From the human T2T-CHM13v2.0 reference genome, Homo sapiens, in the NCBI RefSeq assembly GCF_009914755.1, contig NC_060926.1: a DNA stretch of 64,000 bases; one strand, 5' to 3'. Positions 1-14,289 of this stretch are shown here, one piece after another (positions within the stretch are counted from its first letter, which is position 1; each line of letters starts with the position of its first letter). Both the position numbers and the translations under genes were made by a program. A model generated the notes under the pieces. That model was not told the DNA's origin. It saw only the letters and a program-made list of their open reading frames with translations, and ran no database searches.

Positions 1-257
1 GAGTAGACAGTTGGTCTAAGTTAGATCATTTTACACTTTCTCTTGAATTTTCACAAAGGAAAGAAGAGACACAGAAACTGGAAATGGTTGGACTTACCAT
101 TTCCAAGGAATAGAAGGCCCCCTGCCCCCATGAGAATATTCACAAATTCCTGCTGCTGAAATCCTAAAAACTATTATAAGCCTCTCCTCTCTGAGACATC
201 GTTTTCATCAATACCAAGCCATGCTGACCTAGCCAACAAACAATGATTGAAACAGTA

Positions 258-490
258 ATAAAACTAACATTTATTGGACATTCATGATGAAACAGGCGAT
301 GTTCTTAGAGCTTCATCTATATTGTTTCACTCAGTCTTTATAACGAGCTTATGAGGTAGGTAACATAAAGACCTTGATTTTAGAGATGAGGAAGCTGAAA
401 CACAGACAGGTTAACTGATTTGCCCACTTACCTAAGGTCACATGGCTCATAAGCAGCAGGGTGAAGATTTGAATCAACAAAGGCCATATT
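258..490 (-). mobile_element. MIR SINE (degenerate)
   Basis: 'ttttagagatgaggaagctgaaacacagacaggttaactgatttgccc...aaggtcaca' is the reverse complement of the MIR core. Confidence 0.8.
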
Positions 491-977
491 CCTAATTATT
501 ACACTGGAGTGGCCTCTACCCTTCAGGAAGTCGTAGAAACCCGATCTCAACACAACCCAAAGGAGCCATGTTGTAGCCACCACTGACATGGGCAGTGCAC
601 CAATAGCTTCCGCTAATCCAGTGCTCACTGTGGCCCCAGAGAACAGCAAACTGGACTTGGGATGGCTGCAGATTCAGCAGATGGTCACCTGAGGAACATC
701 CACCAGGGACAGGAGGGTGCGTCCTGCTCCAACACACAAATCATATTCTCCCTCTACTGTGGCTAGAGAGGTTGGATGTGGTTGTTTACCTGTCACCCTA
801 GGATACATTTACCCTTACTGATCCAGGAAGAGATGTAATTTAGACCCTAAGGTTGGGAACTTTTTCAGTTTTTAAATTATATCAGGAGATCCATGCAGGC
901 TTCACCTGGAAAGCAAGCACTGGGAAACAAGCCAGAGAGACATCAGCATGCCAAGAGGCAGGAAATAGATTATCCTA

Positions 978-1346
<369 letters not shown>

Positions 1347-2254
1347 TCAGATTGTTGGTTTTACTTGTATAAATTGTAATATAAGTATTTTAATTATTGA
1401 AGACTTTGGAGGTATATGAATTTTCAGTAGCCAACATGCCATTCTGAATTGAGAATATGAAGGGATACAGAATGGATGGTGACGATGATTTATTTCGTAA
1501 TGACTTTGGGTCCTACAGTAGGTCTACACCACCTTAATTTTAAAAATAGCATCACACTAAGAGTCAGAAAACCAGTATTTCTCAATTTTACCAGCTCTCC
1601 CTAATTTTAGTCTCTAATTGCCCTTAAATCCCTTCTAAATCATTCTGAGTAGCCAGGCACTGATTTTGCTTCTCTATGGCACAGGCCATTTTCTCTACTC
1701 TTTTCCAGCCCTCTGTGGCCATTCCCTCCATGTCCGCTGTCCTACTGATGTCCCTGATGGCACCACTGCTGCTATAGAAACCAACTATAGGGGCCTATGT
1801 CACTGTAACTTTCACCAGATCTCTGCAGAGGCCTTCAGTGCCTGCTCTTCCAGCATTAAGGCCTCTGAGGAGATGCCATTTCCTGTCCCTGCAGGAGGTG
1901 CCAGCACCAGAGTGTCTGCCTCTGGCACACTCTCTGGTCCTCAAAGAGCACAGGCACACAGCCTCCTGGAGTCATCACTTTCCACATTGCAGCCACTTCA
2001 GCCTGAGAATAACATACCAGGTGTCATCCAAAGTCACTTTCCTTTTCTCACTTGCCCATCATCTTTGAACCAATTTTGTTCACCCATTTGTCTTCCTGCA
2101 AGGTATCCTCTCTTGCTGAAGGCTTCATGATCACTCACGTAAATAGACACTACCTCTTCCAGACATTCCAGACTTGTCTGAATACACGGGTAAACATGAT
2201 TCAGCTCAGACTGGAATTCTTTCAGTCATATCTATTACCATTATTGCTATTATC

Positions 2255-2304
2255 CCATCATTACCATCATCATCATTATGTTGATGATAATGATGATGAT
2301 GATG
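2255..2304. repeat. (CAT)n followed by (ATG)n microsatellite forming an inverted repeat
   Basis: catcatcatcattat (2265-2279) is the exact reverse complement of ataatgatgatgatg (2287-2301). Confidence 0.9.
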
Positions 2305-2601
2305 AACTGGAGTCTATTAGTGACACTTGCTATATATCAGACCACATTGGGGAAAATTAAATGTACTCCTCTATCTCATTTTTCCAACATAAAAACATTT
2401 CTAAAAGAATTCCATATTTAAAAAGCCTAGCACAGCATTTTTCTTCTTTAAAATAAACATAATTGACTTTATGTGCTTGAGAAAAAAATATATGTAATAA
2501 GCCTAGCACTGAGTTTTTCTTCTTGCATATGTATACAATTGCTGTTGCATGTTAAAATAATAAGTAAAAAAGAAGCTTCAAAATGGCCTATCTGTAATAT
2601 T

Positions 2602-2722
2602 TTTGGCTTAGGAGTGAAAAGGTCTAGGTTCTAATCATGCTTCACTCTTTAATTCACTGTGTGCCTTTGGAAAAGGCTCAAAACCATGCGAGACTTCAGG
2701 TTCCTTATTAATAAAATGAAGT
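2602..2722 (+). mobile_element. MIR fragment
   Basis: 'ggtctaggttctaatcatgcttc...ctgtgtgcctttggaaaagg...cttcaggttccttattaataaaatg' resembles the MIR core. Confidence 0.55.
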
Positions 2723-3017
2723 TGTTTTAAGAAACATTTTGTGGCTATTCAATTTCAAGAACAGAGTGTTTAACAAATAATAATTATTTTCATTTCTGAT
2801 CTCTCATTTTTCAGCAAGAATTATACCCAAAAAAACCCATGTTAAGTGTCAGTTTTGGCAAGCTGCTATCAGTTATAACTATGTGACTGGTAGATGAACA
2901 CATAAACCAAGAGACAAACAGATATTAATAAGATGGTTAAAGGGAAAGCTCAAAACATCTTGTCACCAGTGTGTTACTGATGAAGCAAACTATGAGTTAT
3001 GGCAGTGAGTACAACGA

Positions 3018-3154
3018 TCCGATCTTCAATATCTGAATATCCATGTATTGATGTATGTATATATCTATTTATCTATCTTTCTTTTCTCCGATCTTCAATA
3101 TCTGAATATCCATGTATCGATGTACGTATATATCTATTTATCTATCTTTCTTTT
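3018..3154. repeat. Direct tandem duplication, 69-bp unit x2
   Basis: tccgatcttcaatatctgaatatccatgta...ctttctttt at 3018 and again at 3087; two internal C/T differences. Confidence 0.95.
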
Positions 3155-3432
3155 GTTTCTACCACAACCACAATTATCTTGATTCCATGGCTAGCAGCCT
3201 TAACTGTACCACAAGAGCAGCAGAAACAAGGGAGAGACGTGAATAAAAGACAATCACTACCCTGATTTTCCTTCTTCATTCCTACGCCTCCCTGCCTCAG
3301 CTTCACTCCATTCTTATGGATGTCCATATTTCACTGAAGATTCTTCTGACAGCAAAAATTACCATTATGAAACATTTTTACATGATTTAACAGGGATTCA
3401 GAAATTTTAGATTTGTACAAGCCAACTTCTTC

Positions 3433-3725
3433 TCTTTTATTTGAGACACGATCTTGCTTTGTGGCCCAGGCTGGAGTGAAGTGGCATGATCATAGCTCAC
3501 TTCAGCCTTGACCTCCTGTGTTCAAGTGATCCTCTTGCCTCAGCCTCCCAAGTAGCTAGGACTACATGTGCACACCACCACACCTGGCTAATTTTTTTTT
3601 TTTTTTTTTGGAGAGGTAGGGTCTCACTATGTTGCTCAGGCTGGTCTCAAACTCCTGGGCTCAAGCAATCCTCCCACCTCAGCCTCACAAAGTGCTAGGA
3701 TTACAGGTGGGCCAGTATGCCCACC
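3433..3725 (-). mobile_element. AluJ
   Basis: Antisense Alu with AluJ-type 'catagctcac', 'ctcaagcaatcctcccacc'; flanks caacttcttctc / caacttattctt. Confidence 0.95.
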
Positions 3726-3889
3726 TGCAACTTATTCTTTTTATTTGAAAAATCTAGACATTAAGAATATGTTAGGAACTGTGTTTGCAACTGCAAAGAA
3801 CAAAAAGATGAATCAGATACAGATGCTTCCCTCAAAGAAATAGCATTTGAGAATGTACTGGAGAATGGGATTTTCTGCACTTTTAACAT

Positions 3890-4402
3890 GCTGTGTTGCT
3901 GTGTTGCTGCACAACAAGTTACCCTAAAGCTTAGTAGCCTAAAACAGCACATATTTATTATTTCACAGTTTCTCTGGGTCAAGAATTTGGGAGTAACTTA
4001 GCTGTTCTGAGCCAGATCTTTCATAAAGTTGATGTTGGGATTTGAGTGAGGGCTGTAGTCATCTAAAGGCTTGACTAGGGCAGCAAGATCTGCTTTCATC
4101 ATGCCTCGCACACATGGCGGATGGCAGGAGGCCTCAACTGCTTGCCACATTGGCCTCTGCACACAGCTATTGAGCATCCTCACAACATGGCAGCTGCTCT
4201 CCCCACAGCAAGTGATCTGAGAAAACAGAAATGTGGAAGCAGCCATGTCCTTTATGGCCTACCCTCAAAGACATACATGATTATTTCCAAAATATCTTGT
4301 TGGTTTCATAGGTCAGCCTTTTTTAATGTGGGAGGAAACTACACAAGACCATAAATGCCAGGAAGGCAGAGACCATTGTGGGGTCATCTTGGAACCATTA
4401 CA
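3890..4402 (-). mobile_element. MaLR LTR, MLT1F/G-like
   Basis: 'ttgctgcacaacaagttaccctaaagcttagtagcctaaaacagc...catcctcacaacatggcagct...ggggtcatcttgga' is typical antisense MLT1. Confidence 0.8.
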
Positions 4403-5711
4403 ATGTGTAACGGACTCTCCCCAGGTCTCACTTGCAGGTCAAAGCTGCATCAATATTTCAGACTTCACCAGCTCACGCCCCAATCACTGACTCAACATTC
4501 CAAGCTCCAAAAAGTCTCTTTTCTTCCCCAGCATTTCTGCCGCTTCCTAGAGAGCCTGCCCCATTGCTGCACAGAACCGTTCTCCTACCCAAGGGTGCTG
4601 CTGCATGAGGAATTGCCACTGAAGAAATGGAGCACTCGGTGCCAAACCAGGCAGCGTTTGCTTCAGAGCCAAGGGATCTCTTCTTCACTCAGAATCTCCA
4701 TTCCCCTCTGGTAGCTAGGTTTTTCTTAATTAGGTCAAAGTCATCACCTTGAGTCCTTCCTCCCTCGGCTTACGTTCTCTTCCAGAAGGCTCCTCAACCC
4801 TCATTTGTTACTCAGTTCACCAGACTGACCTAGATAAGTCTTTATTACCCTTAAACTAGGCATTTCTACCCTCTCCTTCCTGCTTATGTCCTGTTATATT
4901 TACAAAAATAAAGTCAAAATTTAAAAATGCCTTGAGATCGGAAAATATTTTTATACATTTGCTGAGTCTCAGCCCTCGATGGTATCTTTCTACTAACTAA
5001 ATTTCCATTACTGCTACTCTCGCAATTAGGTCAAATGGAGTCTGGAGTTCAGAGTCCAGCCCATCAGTCACTGTGGTGCTAACCTGTAGTGATAAACCCT
5101 GTAGCCACACATGGGTGGATGAGCAGACAGGTCAACAGCCACTTTAGCTTAATGACTGTGGAAATGCTGCCTACATTTAACACAGAAGCTTGCTCTGCAT
5201 TTTTGAATGAAAGGGAAGAAAGCAAATTTTATGATACTATAATAAACTTACTTATCTCCATTATGGAAAAAAACTATATTTTTAGTCATTCTACTTAGAT
5301 ATTCCTCAATAAAATCTGAATTTTTGCCAAAAGCTGGAATGAACTGTATGAAAGGTTACATTGTCACTGGAGCCATTAACAGTTCATCCTTCTATCCCTG
5401 ATTGGAAGCTCTTTGCCTTAAGTCAAAGTTTCTGTCACCATGGAAGCCAGAAAACAGAATAGAAGTAAAATGGCTCAAGACGCTCATTTATAAAAGGAGT
5501 TGTGAATTGTGTAGCAGAGATCCAAGGCAGACAATAATAAATGAGGCAAGTTCCCATCTGATTTTTAAAGTTGTACACAGTTGAAATTCTCATTTATGGA
5601 ATTAGTTTAGGATGTGAATTTATGCATTCAGAATTGGAACGTGAAGATTCAGCATTATCATGGCAGAAGTCTAGCTTTGTTCTGCAAGTCTTTCTTCATA
5701 AGGATAATAAA

Positions 5712-5880
5712 GGTTAATCGTGTCTCACCACAAAAAAAAATGTTGTGTGTATGTAAGGCATATGCTAATTAGCTTGATTTAGACGTTCCATAATGTATAC
5801 GTGTTTCAAAAAAAACATGTTATACATGATAAATATATACAATTTTTGTCAATTTAAAAAAATAAAAAAATTTAAAAAAT
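5712..5880 (+). mobile_element. L1MA/MB 3' terminal fragment
   Basis: 'gcatatgctaattagcttgatttag...cataatgtatacgtgtttcaaaa...aaatatatacaatttttgtcaatttaaaaaa'. Confidence 0.8.
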
Positions 5881-5917
5881 TATTTTCCCCTCTTTGGTGA
5901 TCATCACCACTTCTCTC

Positions 5918-6281
5918 TCTTTTTTTTCCTTCAACTTTTTATTTTAAGTTCAGGGGTACATGTGCAGGATGTGCAGGTTTCTTACACAGGAAAACATGTG
6001 CATGGTGGTCTGCTGCACAGATCATCTCATCATCCAGGTATTAAGCCCAGCATCCATTAGCTCTTCCTCATGCTCTCCCTCTCTTCGCTCCTGCCCCAAC
6101 AGGTCCCAGTGTGTGTTGTTCCCTCCCATGTGTCCCTGTGTTCTCATCATTCAGTTCCCGCTGGTAAGTGGGAACATGCAGCGTTTGGTTTTCTGTTCCT
6201 GAGTGAGTTTGCTGAGGATAATGGCTTCCAACTCCATCCACGTCCCTGCAAAGGACATGATCTCATTGGTTTTTATGGCTG
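5918..6281 (-). mobile_element. Older L1PA 3' end (L1PA13-like)
   Basis: 'ttttaagttcaggggtacatgtgcagg...ggtattaagcccagcatccattag...gcaaaggacatgatctcatt'; antisense ORF 6151-6360 is the L1 3' end. Confidence 0.92.
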
Positions 6282-6386
6282 TTATGTTAATCATGGTACT
6301 ACAACTTTTAGTCGGGAATGTCTCAATACATTGAACAATATGAAGGATCACCTCAAACAATTAACTCCTTGGGAACTGATGCTAGT

Positions 6387-7034
6387 TGTACTAGTTTTTA
6401 TTAGTTTGCTGCTGTAAAAAAATTATTACAAATTTAGCAGCTTAAAAAAACACCCACTTGTTATCTGGAGATCAGAGGTTCTGTCACAGCATAGCTCAAC
6501 TGATCCCCCTGCTTAGGATATCACAAGGCTAAAAACAAGGTATTGGCAGGGGTGCATTCTTTTCTGGACACTCTGGCAATGAATCCACTTCCACGCTTAT
6601 TCAAGACAGTGGCTGGACTCAGTCACTTGTAGTTGTAGGACTGAGGCTTCTGTTTCTTTCCTGGCTGATAGCCAGGACTGTTCTTACCCAGAGAGATCAT
6701 TCTCTGTTCCTCTTTGTACATGACCTTCTCCATCTTCAAGCCAGCAATAGCATATTGAGTCCTAGTGACTCTTCAAATATCTCTGGCTTTCTCTTCTGCT
6801 GTCAACCAACCAAGGAAGCTTGGTCTTAAGGGTCCACATGATTACTTTGGGCACACCTGGACGATCCATGATAATCTCCCTGTTTTAAAGTCAGCTGACT
6901 AGTAACCTTAATTGTATCTGCAAAGTAGAGTATATATTTGCAGATATAATTAAGAATTTGCCATGTCAGGTAACATATTCACCGGTGTAACACCAGAGAA
7001 GGAAGGTCATGGGGCCAAAGTTCTGTCTGTCACA
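6387..7034 (-). mobile_element. MaLR LTR, MLT1E-like
   Basis: 'gctgctgtaaaaaaattattacaaatttagcagcttaaa...gtagttgtaggactgagg...ataatctccctgttttaaagtcagctga'. Confidence 0.85.
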
Positions 7035-8647
7035 TGGGGGATGAGTGTAAAGAAGGATTTTCCCCTTAAAATAAATATTTCTCTATTACTTGGACTTTTT
7101 TCTTAATACAAGCAAATACTAGTTTTGTGATTTTTAAAGCTTTTTTATTTTAAAGATTAAAAATATTCAAAGTCATCTATTTTCAAGTATACTAAATTCC
7201 TTCAGAATCCTTCTTTCACAAATAATATAAATTGCATTCTTATCTGTTAATTTAAATACGGAAATCTACTAGCTATCATTGTTTGGCTTAATTTGATTTA
7301 AGAGCAACACTTTAAAGTTATATCTGTGAAGATTTAAAAAAAAATGTTTTTCCAAAGGTATTACTGACATCACATGCGGAATTGAAACTATATCTTTTTT
7401 AAAGAAAAAATTGTTAAATAATTAATTAAGCAATCTAGATTTTAAAATTAATGTGCATTTTGTACTCTCAGCGCTAAGTGTCATATACAGAAGATACACA
7501 GAGATACACAGAAGAGGGAAATGGCACCCATGTTACTTATAATCTCACTGAGAAGGCAAAGATAAAAACACAAAATAATAATTTACTCTCTGTGTTATGT
7601 ATAATTTGTACCTTTGGAATTCAGAAGAAGGTACTGTCACTGCCTTGGTGAGGATATTTCCCATAAAAAGTGGAATTTGAATTTGTCAATAATGCTCTGC
7701 CTTTTTGAACCTATGTCCCTCAACTCCTCCTTCCCAAAGAGGAAGTCTGGTTTGAGCCTAGCATTCGAAATCCTGAGGGAGGGAGTAGCTGTTGTGTCAC
7801 TATATTTCAATCTCCTCTTATCACGCTAGTACAAATTCTTCAGGGCCCTGAAACAGACAGATGCAGAGGCAATTCATGCAAATTATGATGGACTTCGCTG
7901 TCTCAGATCACAAAAGTCAGAAGTTATCACAATAAACTTAATGCCTCCCCTACATGTTATTTAGTACTCAGTGATAAAATGTGAAATATGTAGCATTTGG
8001 AACAGCAGTTAAAATTGTCAACAACCCAATATTCTAATTCTATCATACTCATTATAACCTTTAAAATATCATCAGTTTCACCTTTGGCTCTCCTAAACTG
8101 GCCGACTTAGGATTTTGGCATTGCATAAAGGTTGTTACCATACTGCTTTTCTTTTCATGTTTATAACTAGGATTCCCCAACTTCCTGGAAATATCCAGAA
8201 GTTTAAAATAATTTATCTGGAATGTTAAAAGTTTCCCTCAGACAATGTCCATTTCTTTTCACCAGTTATCAAATAGATAATTTAATTGAACTAAAAACAT
8301 CACTTATAATAAACCATCCCAGAAGAGGTTAGCAGCCAAAGTCAAAGACATGAATGTCTGGTATTCTAAATCCAGTTACATTTGCCAAAATTCTGCGTAA
8401 TTTTAGTAACATTACACAGAGCACTTCTAAGACAGGCTCTCTGTGCCACTCAAGTAGGCTGTAAGCTGGGACCAAGACATACTGAATTTTTTAGTCCTAT
8501 CAGAGTATCATTAATTTAAACGACACTGTTAAGTTAGTAAATAATAAAATGTTTTGTCTTTTTATAGCATTCTGCAGTCTAGAATACCTAAGTGCACTTT
8601 TACAGAATAATATGCAGCACAGCAGTTGCATTTTCTAGCTGCTGCAA

Positions 8648-10550
8648 GGCATAGTAAAAAGAACATTGGTTTTGAAGTCAGACATTAACTAGGCTCAAAA
8701 GAAGCCTAAGCAATCCCTATCAAAATACCAATGATCGTCTTCACAGAAATTTTTAAAAACTCCTAAAATTCATGGAATCACAAAAGACCCCCAATAGCTA
8801 ACACAATCCTGAGCAAAAAAGAAAAAGCCAGAGGCATCACACTACCTGACTTTAAAATATATTACAAAGCTATGGTAACCAAGACAACATCGTTCTTGCA
8901 TAAAAACAGACACATACAGTCATGGAACAGAATAGACAGCCCAGGTTTAAATCCACATATTTACAGCCAACTTATTTTTTACAAAGGCACTAAGAACCCT
9001 CATAGGAGAAAGGACAGTCTCTTCAATAAATGTTGCTGGGAATACTAGATATCCATATGCAGAAGAATGAAACTAGACCCCTATCTCTTACCATATACAA
9101 AAAAAAATCAACTCAAAATGTAAGACTAGAAACTGTAAAACAACTATACAAAAACATAGGGAAAATACTTCAGGACGTTGGTCTGGGCAACGACTATGTG
9201 GAGCAGACCTCAAAAGCACAGGCAACAAAAGCAAAAATAGACAAATGGGATTGTGTCAAACTAAAAAGCTTCCGCACGGCAAAGGAAACAATCAACAGAA
9301 TGAAGAGACAGCCTGCAGAATGAGAAAAATATTTGCAAACTATTCATCTGATGAGGAATTAATATCCAGAATATACAATGAACTCAAACAACTCAACAGC
9401 AAAAAAAAAAAAAAAATCCAATTTAAGAATGTGCAAATGAGCTGAATGAACATCTCTCAAAAGAAAACATACAAATGGCCGACAGATATATGAAAAAATG
9501 CTCAACATCACCAACCATCAGGGAAATACAAACTAAAACCATGAGGAGATATCATTTTACCCCATTTGAAATGACTATTATCATTATCAAAAAGACAAAA
9601 AATAGTAAATGCTATGAGGATGCAGAGAAAGGGGAACTCTTATACACTGTTGGTGGGAATGTACATTAGTATAGTCATTATAAAAAACAATATGGACAGT
9701 CACAAAAAACTAAAACTAGAACTACCATATAATTCAGCAATCCCACTAATGAGTATATATCTAAAGGAAAGAAAATTGGTATGTTGAAGAAATATCTGTA
9801 CTCCTGTGTTTATTGCAGTACTATTCATGATAGCAAAGATATAAAATCAACATAAACAGGTTGATTTGCCCATCAACAGCTGAACACATAAACAAAATGT
9901 AGTGTATATACACAATGGAATAGTATAAAAAAATGAAATCCTGTCATTCGTGGCAACAATACATGATCGTGAAGAACAATATGTTCAGTTAAATAAGGCA
10001 TAGAAAGTTAAATATCACATGTTCTCACTCGTGTGTGAAAGCTTGAAAAGTTGATTTTATGCACATAGAGAGTAGAATAGTGGTTACTAGAGCCTGGAAA
10101 GGGTAGAAGGGAATGGGGATAGTGAGAGGTTCATTGGTTAATAGTTTCAAATTAATAGCTAGAAAGGAGAAATAGGTTCTAGTGTTGCATAGCACTATAC
10201 GGTGACTACAATTAACAAGAATTTATTGTATATTTTCAAATAGTTAGAAGGGAGATGTTGAATGTTTCCAACACAAAGAAATGGTAAATGTTTGAGATGA
10301 TGGATAGGATAATTAGCCTGATATAATTACACATGGTATACATGTATCAAAATGTCACACTGTACCCCATAAATAGGTACAATTGTTATATGTCAATTAA
10401 AAATAATAAAAGAAAAAAGGTTAAGGTAACTTTTTTTTAAGTAACCTAAGTACTTCACCAACTATAAGACAATGGTCAATTCTAGTAACTTCTCTGGGCC
10501 TTAGTTTCTCATCAGTAATATGGAACTAGTAACATTTATTTCTCAGGTAA
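8648..10550 (+). mobile_element. MIR split by an L1 insertion (halves ~8648-8708 and ~10445-10550)
   Basis: 5' half 'gcatagtaaaaagaacattggttttgaagtcagac'; 3' half 'aacttctctgggccttagtttctcatcagtaatatgg'; cctaag on both sides of the L1. Confidence 0.55.
8711..10420 (+). mobile_element. 5'-truncated L1MA (ORF2 3' part plus 3'UTR), decayed
   Basis: ORF2 remnants 'KAQATKAKIDKWDCVKLKSF' and 'EKGELLYTVGGNV'; L1MA-type 3'UTR and A-rich tail; many stops and frameshifts. Confidence 0.95.
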
Positions 10551-12742
10551 ATATATGTACCAAATGGAAGAACTGAAATCAATTAAGACATATAACAAAA
10601 ACTAAACAAAATACTGCAATTTCTCTCTTATAAGATAAGGACATTGAAACTCAGATGTTAGAATATTTCTCCAAAATTTTGCTACAAATTAATTAAAGTG
10701 TCCAGGCTAAAAATTAGATTGTTTTTCTAGACTTTAGTAAAATGAGTTGTAAATAATACATGTATGTCTTTGTGACCTTTCACACACAGGGGAAGAAATG
10801 GGAAAGACAGGCAGACTGAAATCTGATGTCACTATCCATTTCCACGCTTCCAGCATTAAGAAAATGGCAGAATCTCTTGCACATGGAATTTCTACAGGGA
10901 GCCGTGAACCAGGATGTAGTCAAGGGGCTAATCTTCTAGGCTGTTCCATGCCTGCACAAAACACTCTCAGTACAGGACACTTTCTGTAACCAATTTTACC
11001 CGAGGCAGAGAACCACATGCATCCTTCCCAAGTGGCAATATTATCTCCACTTCACAAATGGGTCCCCTCTGGGATCTGATGTGAGCAAAGGAAATAATCA
11101 GGAACTACAGGGGAAAAAGAGGCTACTTTGAGATCTAATGTAAGCTCTTTTTCAGGAACTGTGAAGCATGCAATGCCATCATAATGTAAAAGGCATTAAA
11201 CTGTCAGAGTGAAGATCCTGTCTTCAATCATGTAAAGTCCCTCAAGATTTCAATGTTCAATTTTGCATTAAGAAATCTCCTGACCCTCTCCTCCAACCCA
11301 AAACAGAAAAGTTGCCTTAGAAAGGGGAACAAGTTGAAATATTTTAATAGACTGTGTGGTGCATTAAGATATATCAGGTAAAACTGCAAACCCTTTTTTA
11401 AAGTTACATAGATTTAAACCCAAATTCAATGAGTATTCCATAAGTAATTCCATAAGTAGTGTTGATGATCTATTATTTTGCTTAATAAGACAAAAAGTCA
11501 AAATCTATTGACAAGTTGTTGATAATCAATTGTCAGGATTTTCCTATTTCAGTCCCAGTGCTGGTTACTGCATAAAACTTATTGTTTAAGTAGGCTATGC
11601 AAATATCCTTAGGAATGGATATGTTTCCATATACATTCTGAAATTTGATAAATATGTTTTATTTTCCACTTTGAAGTGGAAAATGCACTGATAACCACTG
11701 TTTAGGGGGATCTAATTTTATATCTGATGGCATTTTAAAATCTAGAGACTCTTTATTAATAAAAGTTTACTGATAAAAAGCAAATGTTTTGTCTTCACAG
11801 ATACAATGAAAACAACAACGGAGTAATACCTTCTTTTCCCCTTTTCATCCTTCCCTCTTTTTTTGCTGTCTTCTAGGAGCATCCTTATGAGAATCTGAGA
11901 CCTAACTATTAAGATAAATGACTTTGCTGAACATGAATTCCCACAAACTCTCTCTGTGCTATATTCTTCTGCCTCTGGTTTCTCATTCTCTTAAAGGGCT
12001 CTATCGTCTATGGATGATGACAGAAAAATCACTCATAATTGCTGAGCCACAGGAAATGGGGTATAAAATTAATACTGCCTTGAAGGATCCAAATAGAATC
12101 CCTGCCACCTATAGGGGAAACCAAGAGTATTGTGTTCAATGACAATTTTTCAAATTTTGTAGATTTTGCATTCATGCTGAATTCACAATGTCTGAATTTT
12201 GTCTCATTTACTTTATTAGTAAGAGCTCATTTAAAAAGATAAAACCCTGGTGTCCAGAACCTAAGGGAAATCAGAAAACACTAAATGAAAATTGTCCATG
12301 GATTTAATGATATGTTAAGCTATTCCGTCTTAAACATTGTAACAGATTCTTGTTAGAATCAAGAAGTAATTGAGCAAAAGTTTTGATTTTCACCTAAATT
12401 CATGGTGACGTAACCTGTGTTTATAGAGAAATATATTGTATCATAGACTGAAGTTTATAAGCCTACTTACTTAGAGTATCATGGAACAAAACAAAAGAAT
12501 AACTACAAGGAGAAGAGCCATTAAAAAAGTTATATTTTTCAAGCCAAATAGTTTGCAGTCTATAAATGTGAACATATTCTAAGTACGGACATTTTCAAGT
12601 GCTTTTTGAAATAGTAAAAGCCAATTTAAGTGAAATCTTAGAATCTCAATAATTAAAACAATTAAAAGGGCAGATGCATTAATTAAAGTAGGTACCAGTG
12701 CTAAAGGCTCAACCTCTCCCTCACCCTGTAAGATTGCTTCTA

Positions 12743-13076
<334 letters not shown>

Positions 13077-13089
13077 TTAGAAGACCACT

Positions 13090-13245
13090 GTGTAAAGATC
13101 CTGAAGGCCTGAGTTCTAACACTGCATCTGCCACCAAGAACCTGAATGACATTGGACAGACCACTCAACGGCTGTGGCCTACTCTGTACAATAAAGGAGC
13201 TGGGTAGCCAATGACAACCTTCCAAGTCCAGTAGTCTGTAATTCT
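13090..13245 (+). mobile_element. MIR/MIR3 fragment
   Basis: 'gaaggcctgagttctaacactgcatctgccacc...tgacattggacagaccactcaac...ctgtacaataaaggagctgg'. Confidence 0.5.
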
Positions 13246-13969
13246 GAGAGTTGGAGCAGGGTTCACTTGTGTTCCCATTGCTTAGCAGGATTCAAATCTG
13301 TACATGATGTTAGCCAGCGCACTTTTGCTAACACTGTTTCAGTTTTCCCCCGCTTTGTCCCTCCTGAACTGACAGACTCAGGACTTGGCAGTGCACAGAG
13401 GTGGTTGCCGCACTGCTGTTCTTTTCACGTCGTTAACTATTTTCAAATGATGTGTAGTGGAGTCACTTAATCTAATCTTTCTGACCCCTGGTTTCTATTT
13501 GTGGTTTCTAGACAATTACAAAGTGTTCTTCTAAAACTCAGATTCTATGATTTGTTTGACATTCTCAAAGTTCGAGTTTTACTTCCTGTCTCTTACTTCA
13601 AAGAAAAATACAAGGTTTAAGAAACTCAACACTAATATAATTAGTGTTGGGCCCACAAACCTGAAGACCCTATAACTAAGTTGTTATTAGACCAGAGAAT
13701 AACCCACTCCAGTCCATTAAATACATATGTAATTCATGTGGTTAAATTCATGTGGAAAATGCATGGTGCTAATATCCTCTAACCTTGATTGAGAAATCCA
13801 TATACAAGGGTGGGATGAAAGAATCTCTAACTATACTGATTTTAAGTAACATCTCACTTTGCAAAACCAAAAACAAAATTAAAAAACCCTAATAACTCCA
13901 CAAGGAAACAATGGCTAAGATTCCCTATACAGGTTAGCACAAAAGAAAGCCGTTGAAAGAGGTGACACT

Positions 13970-14289
13970 GGCTGGGCACAGTGGCTCATGCCTATAATCC
14001 CAGCACTTTGGGAGGCTGAGGCGGGAGGATCACTTAAGCCCAGTAGTTCAAGACCAGCCTTGGTAACAAAGCAAGATTCCATTTCTACAGGAAAAAAAAA
14101 AAAATTTAATTAGCCAGGTGTGGTGGCACATACCTGTGGTCCTAGCTACTCCGGAGGCTGAGGTGGGAGGATTGCTTGAGCCCAGGAGGTCAAAGCTGCA
14201 GTGAGCCATGATCATGCCACTGTACTTCAGCCTAGGCAACAGAGTGAAACCCTGTCTCAAAAAAAAAAAAAAAAAAAGAGAGAGAGAGA
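13970..14289 (+). mobile_element. AluJ with A/(GA)n tail
   Basis: 'gggaggatcacttaagccc', 'gaggtcaaagctgcagtgagccatgatc'; TSD gaaagaggtgacactg / gaaagaggagacactg. Confidence 0.96.

Noticed and set aside
1666-2130. Longest ORF in the track (154 aa)
   Set aside because: Non-ATG start, no recognisable domain, no supporting splice structure; expected by chance in a locally GC-richer patch that is partly repeat-like.
11830-12065. Strong plus-strand polypyrimidine acceptors at ~11877 and ~11996
   Set aside because: No convincing donor downstream; likely pseudo-acceptors.
13627-13649. 10-bp perfect hairpin caacactaat-ata-attagtgttg (and ccccaggg/ccctgggg at 47221-47244)
   Set aside because: Short enough to occur by chance in 64 kb; no pre-miRNA-length stem.
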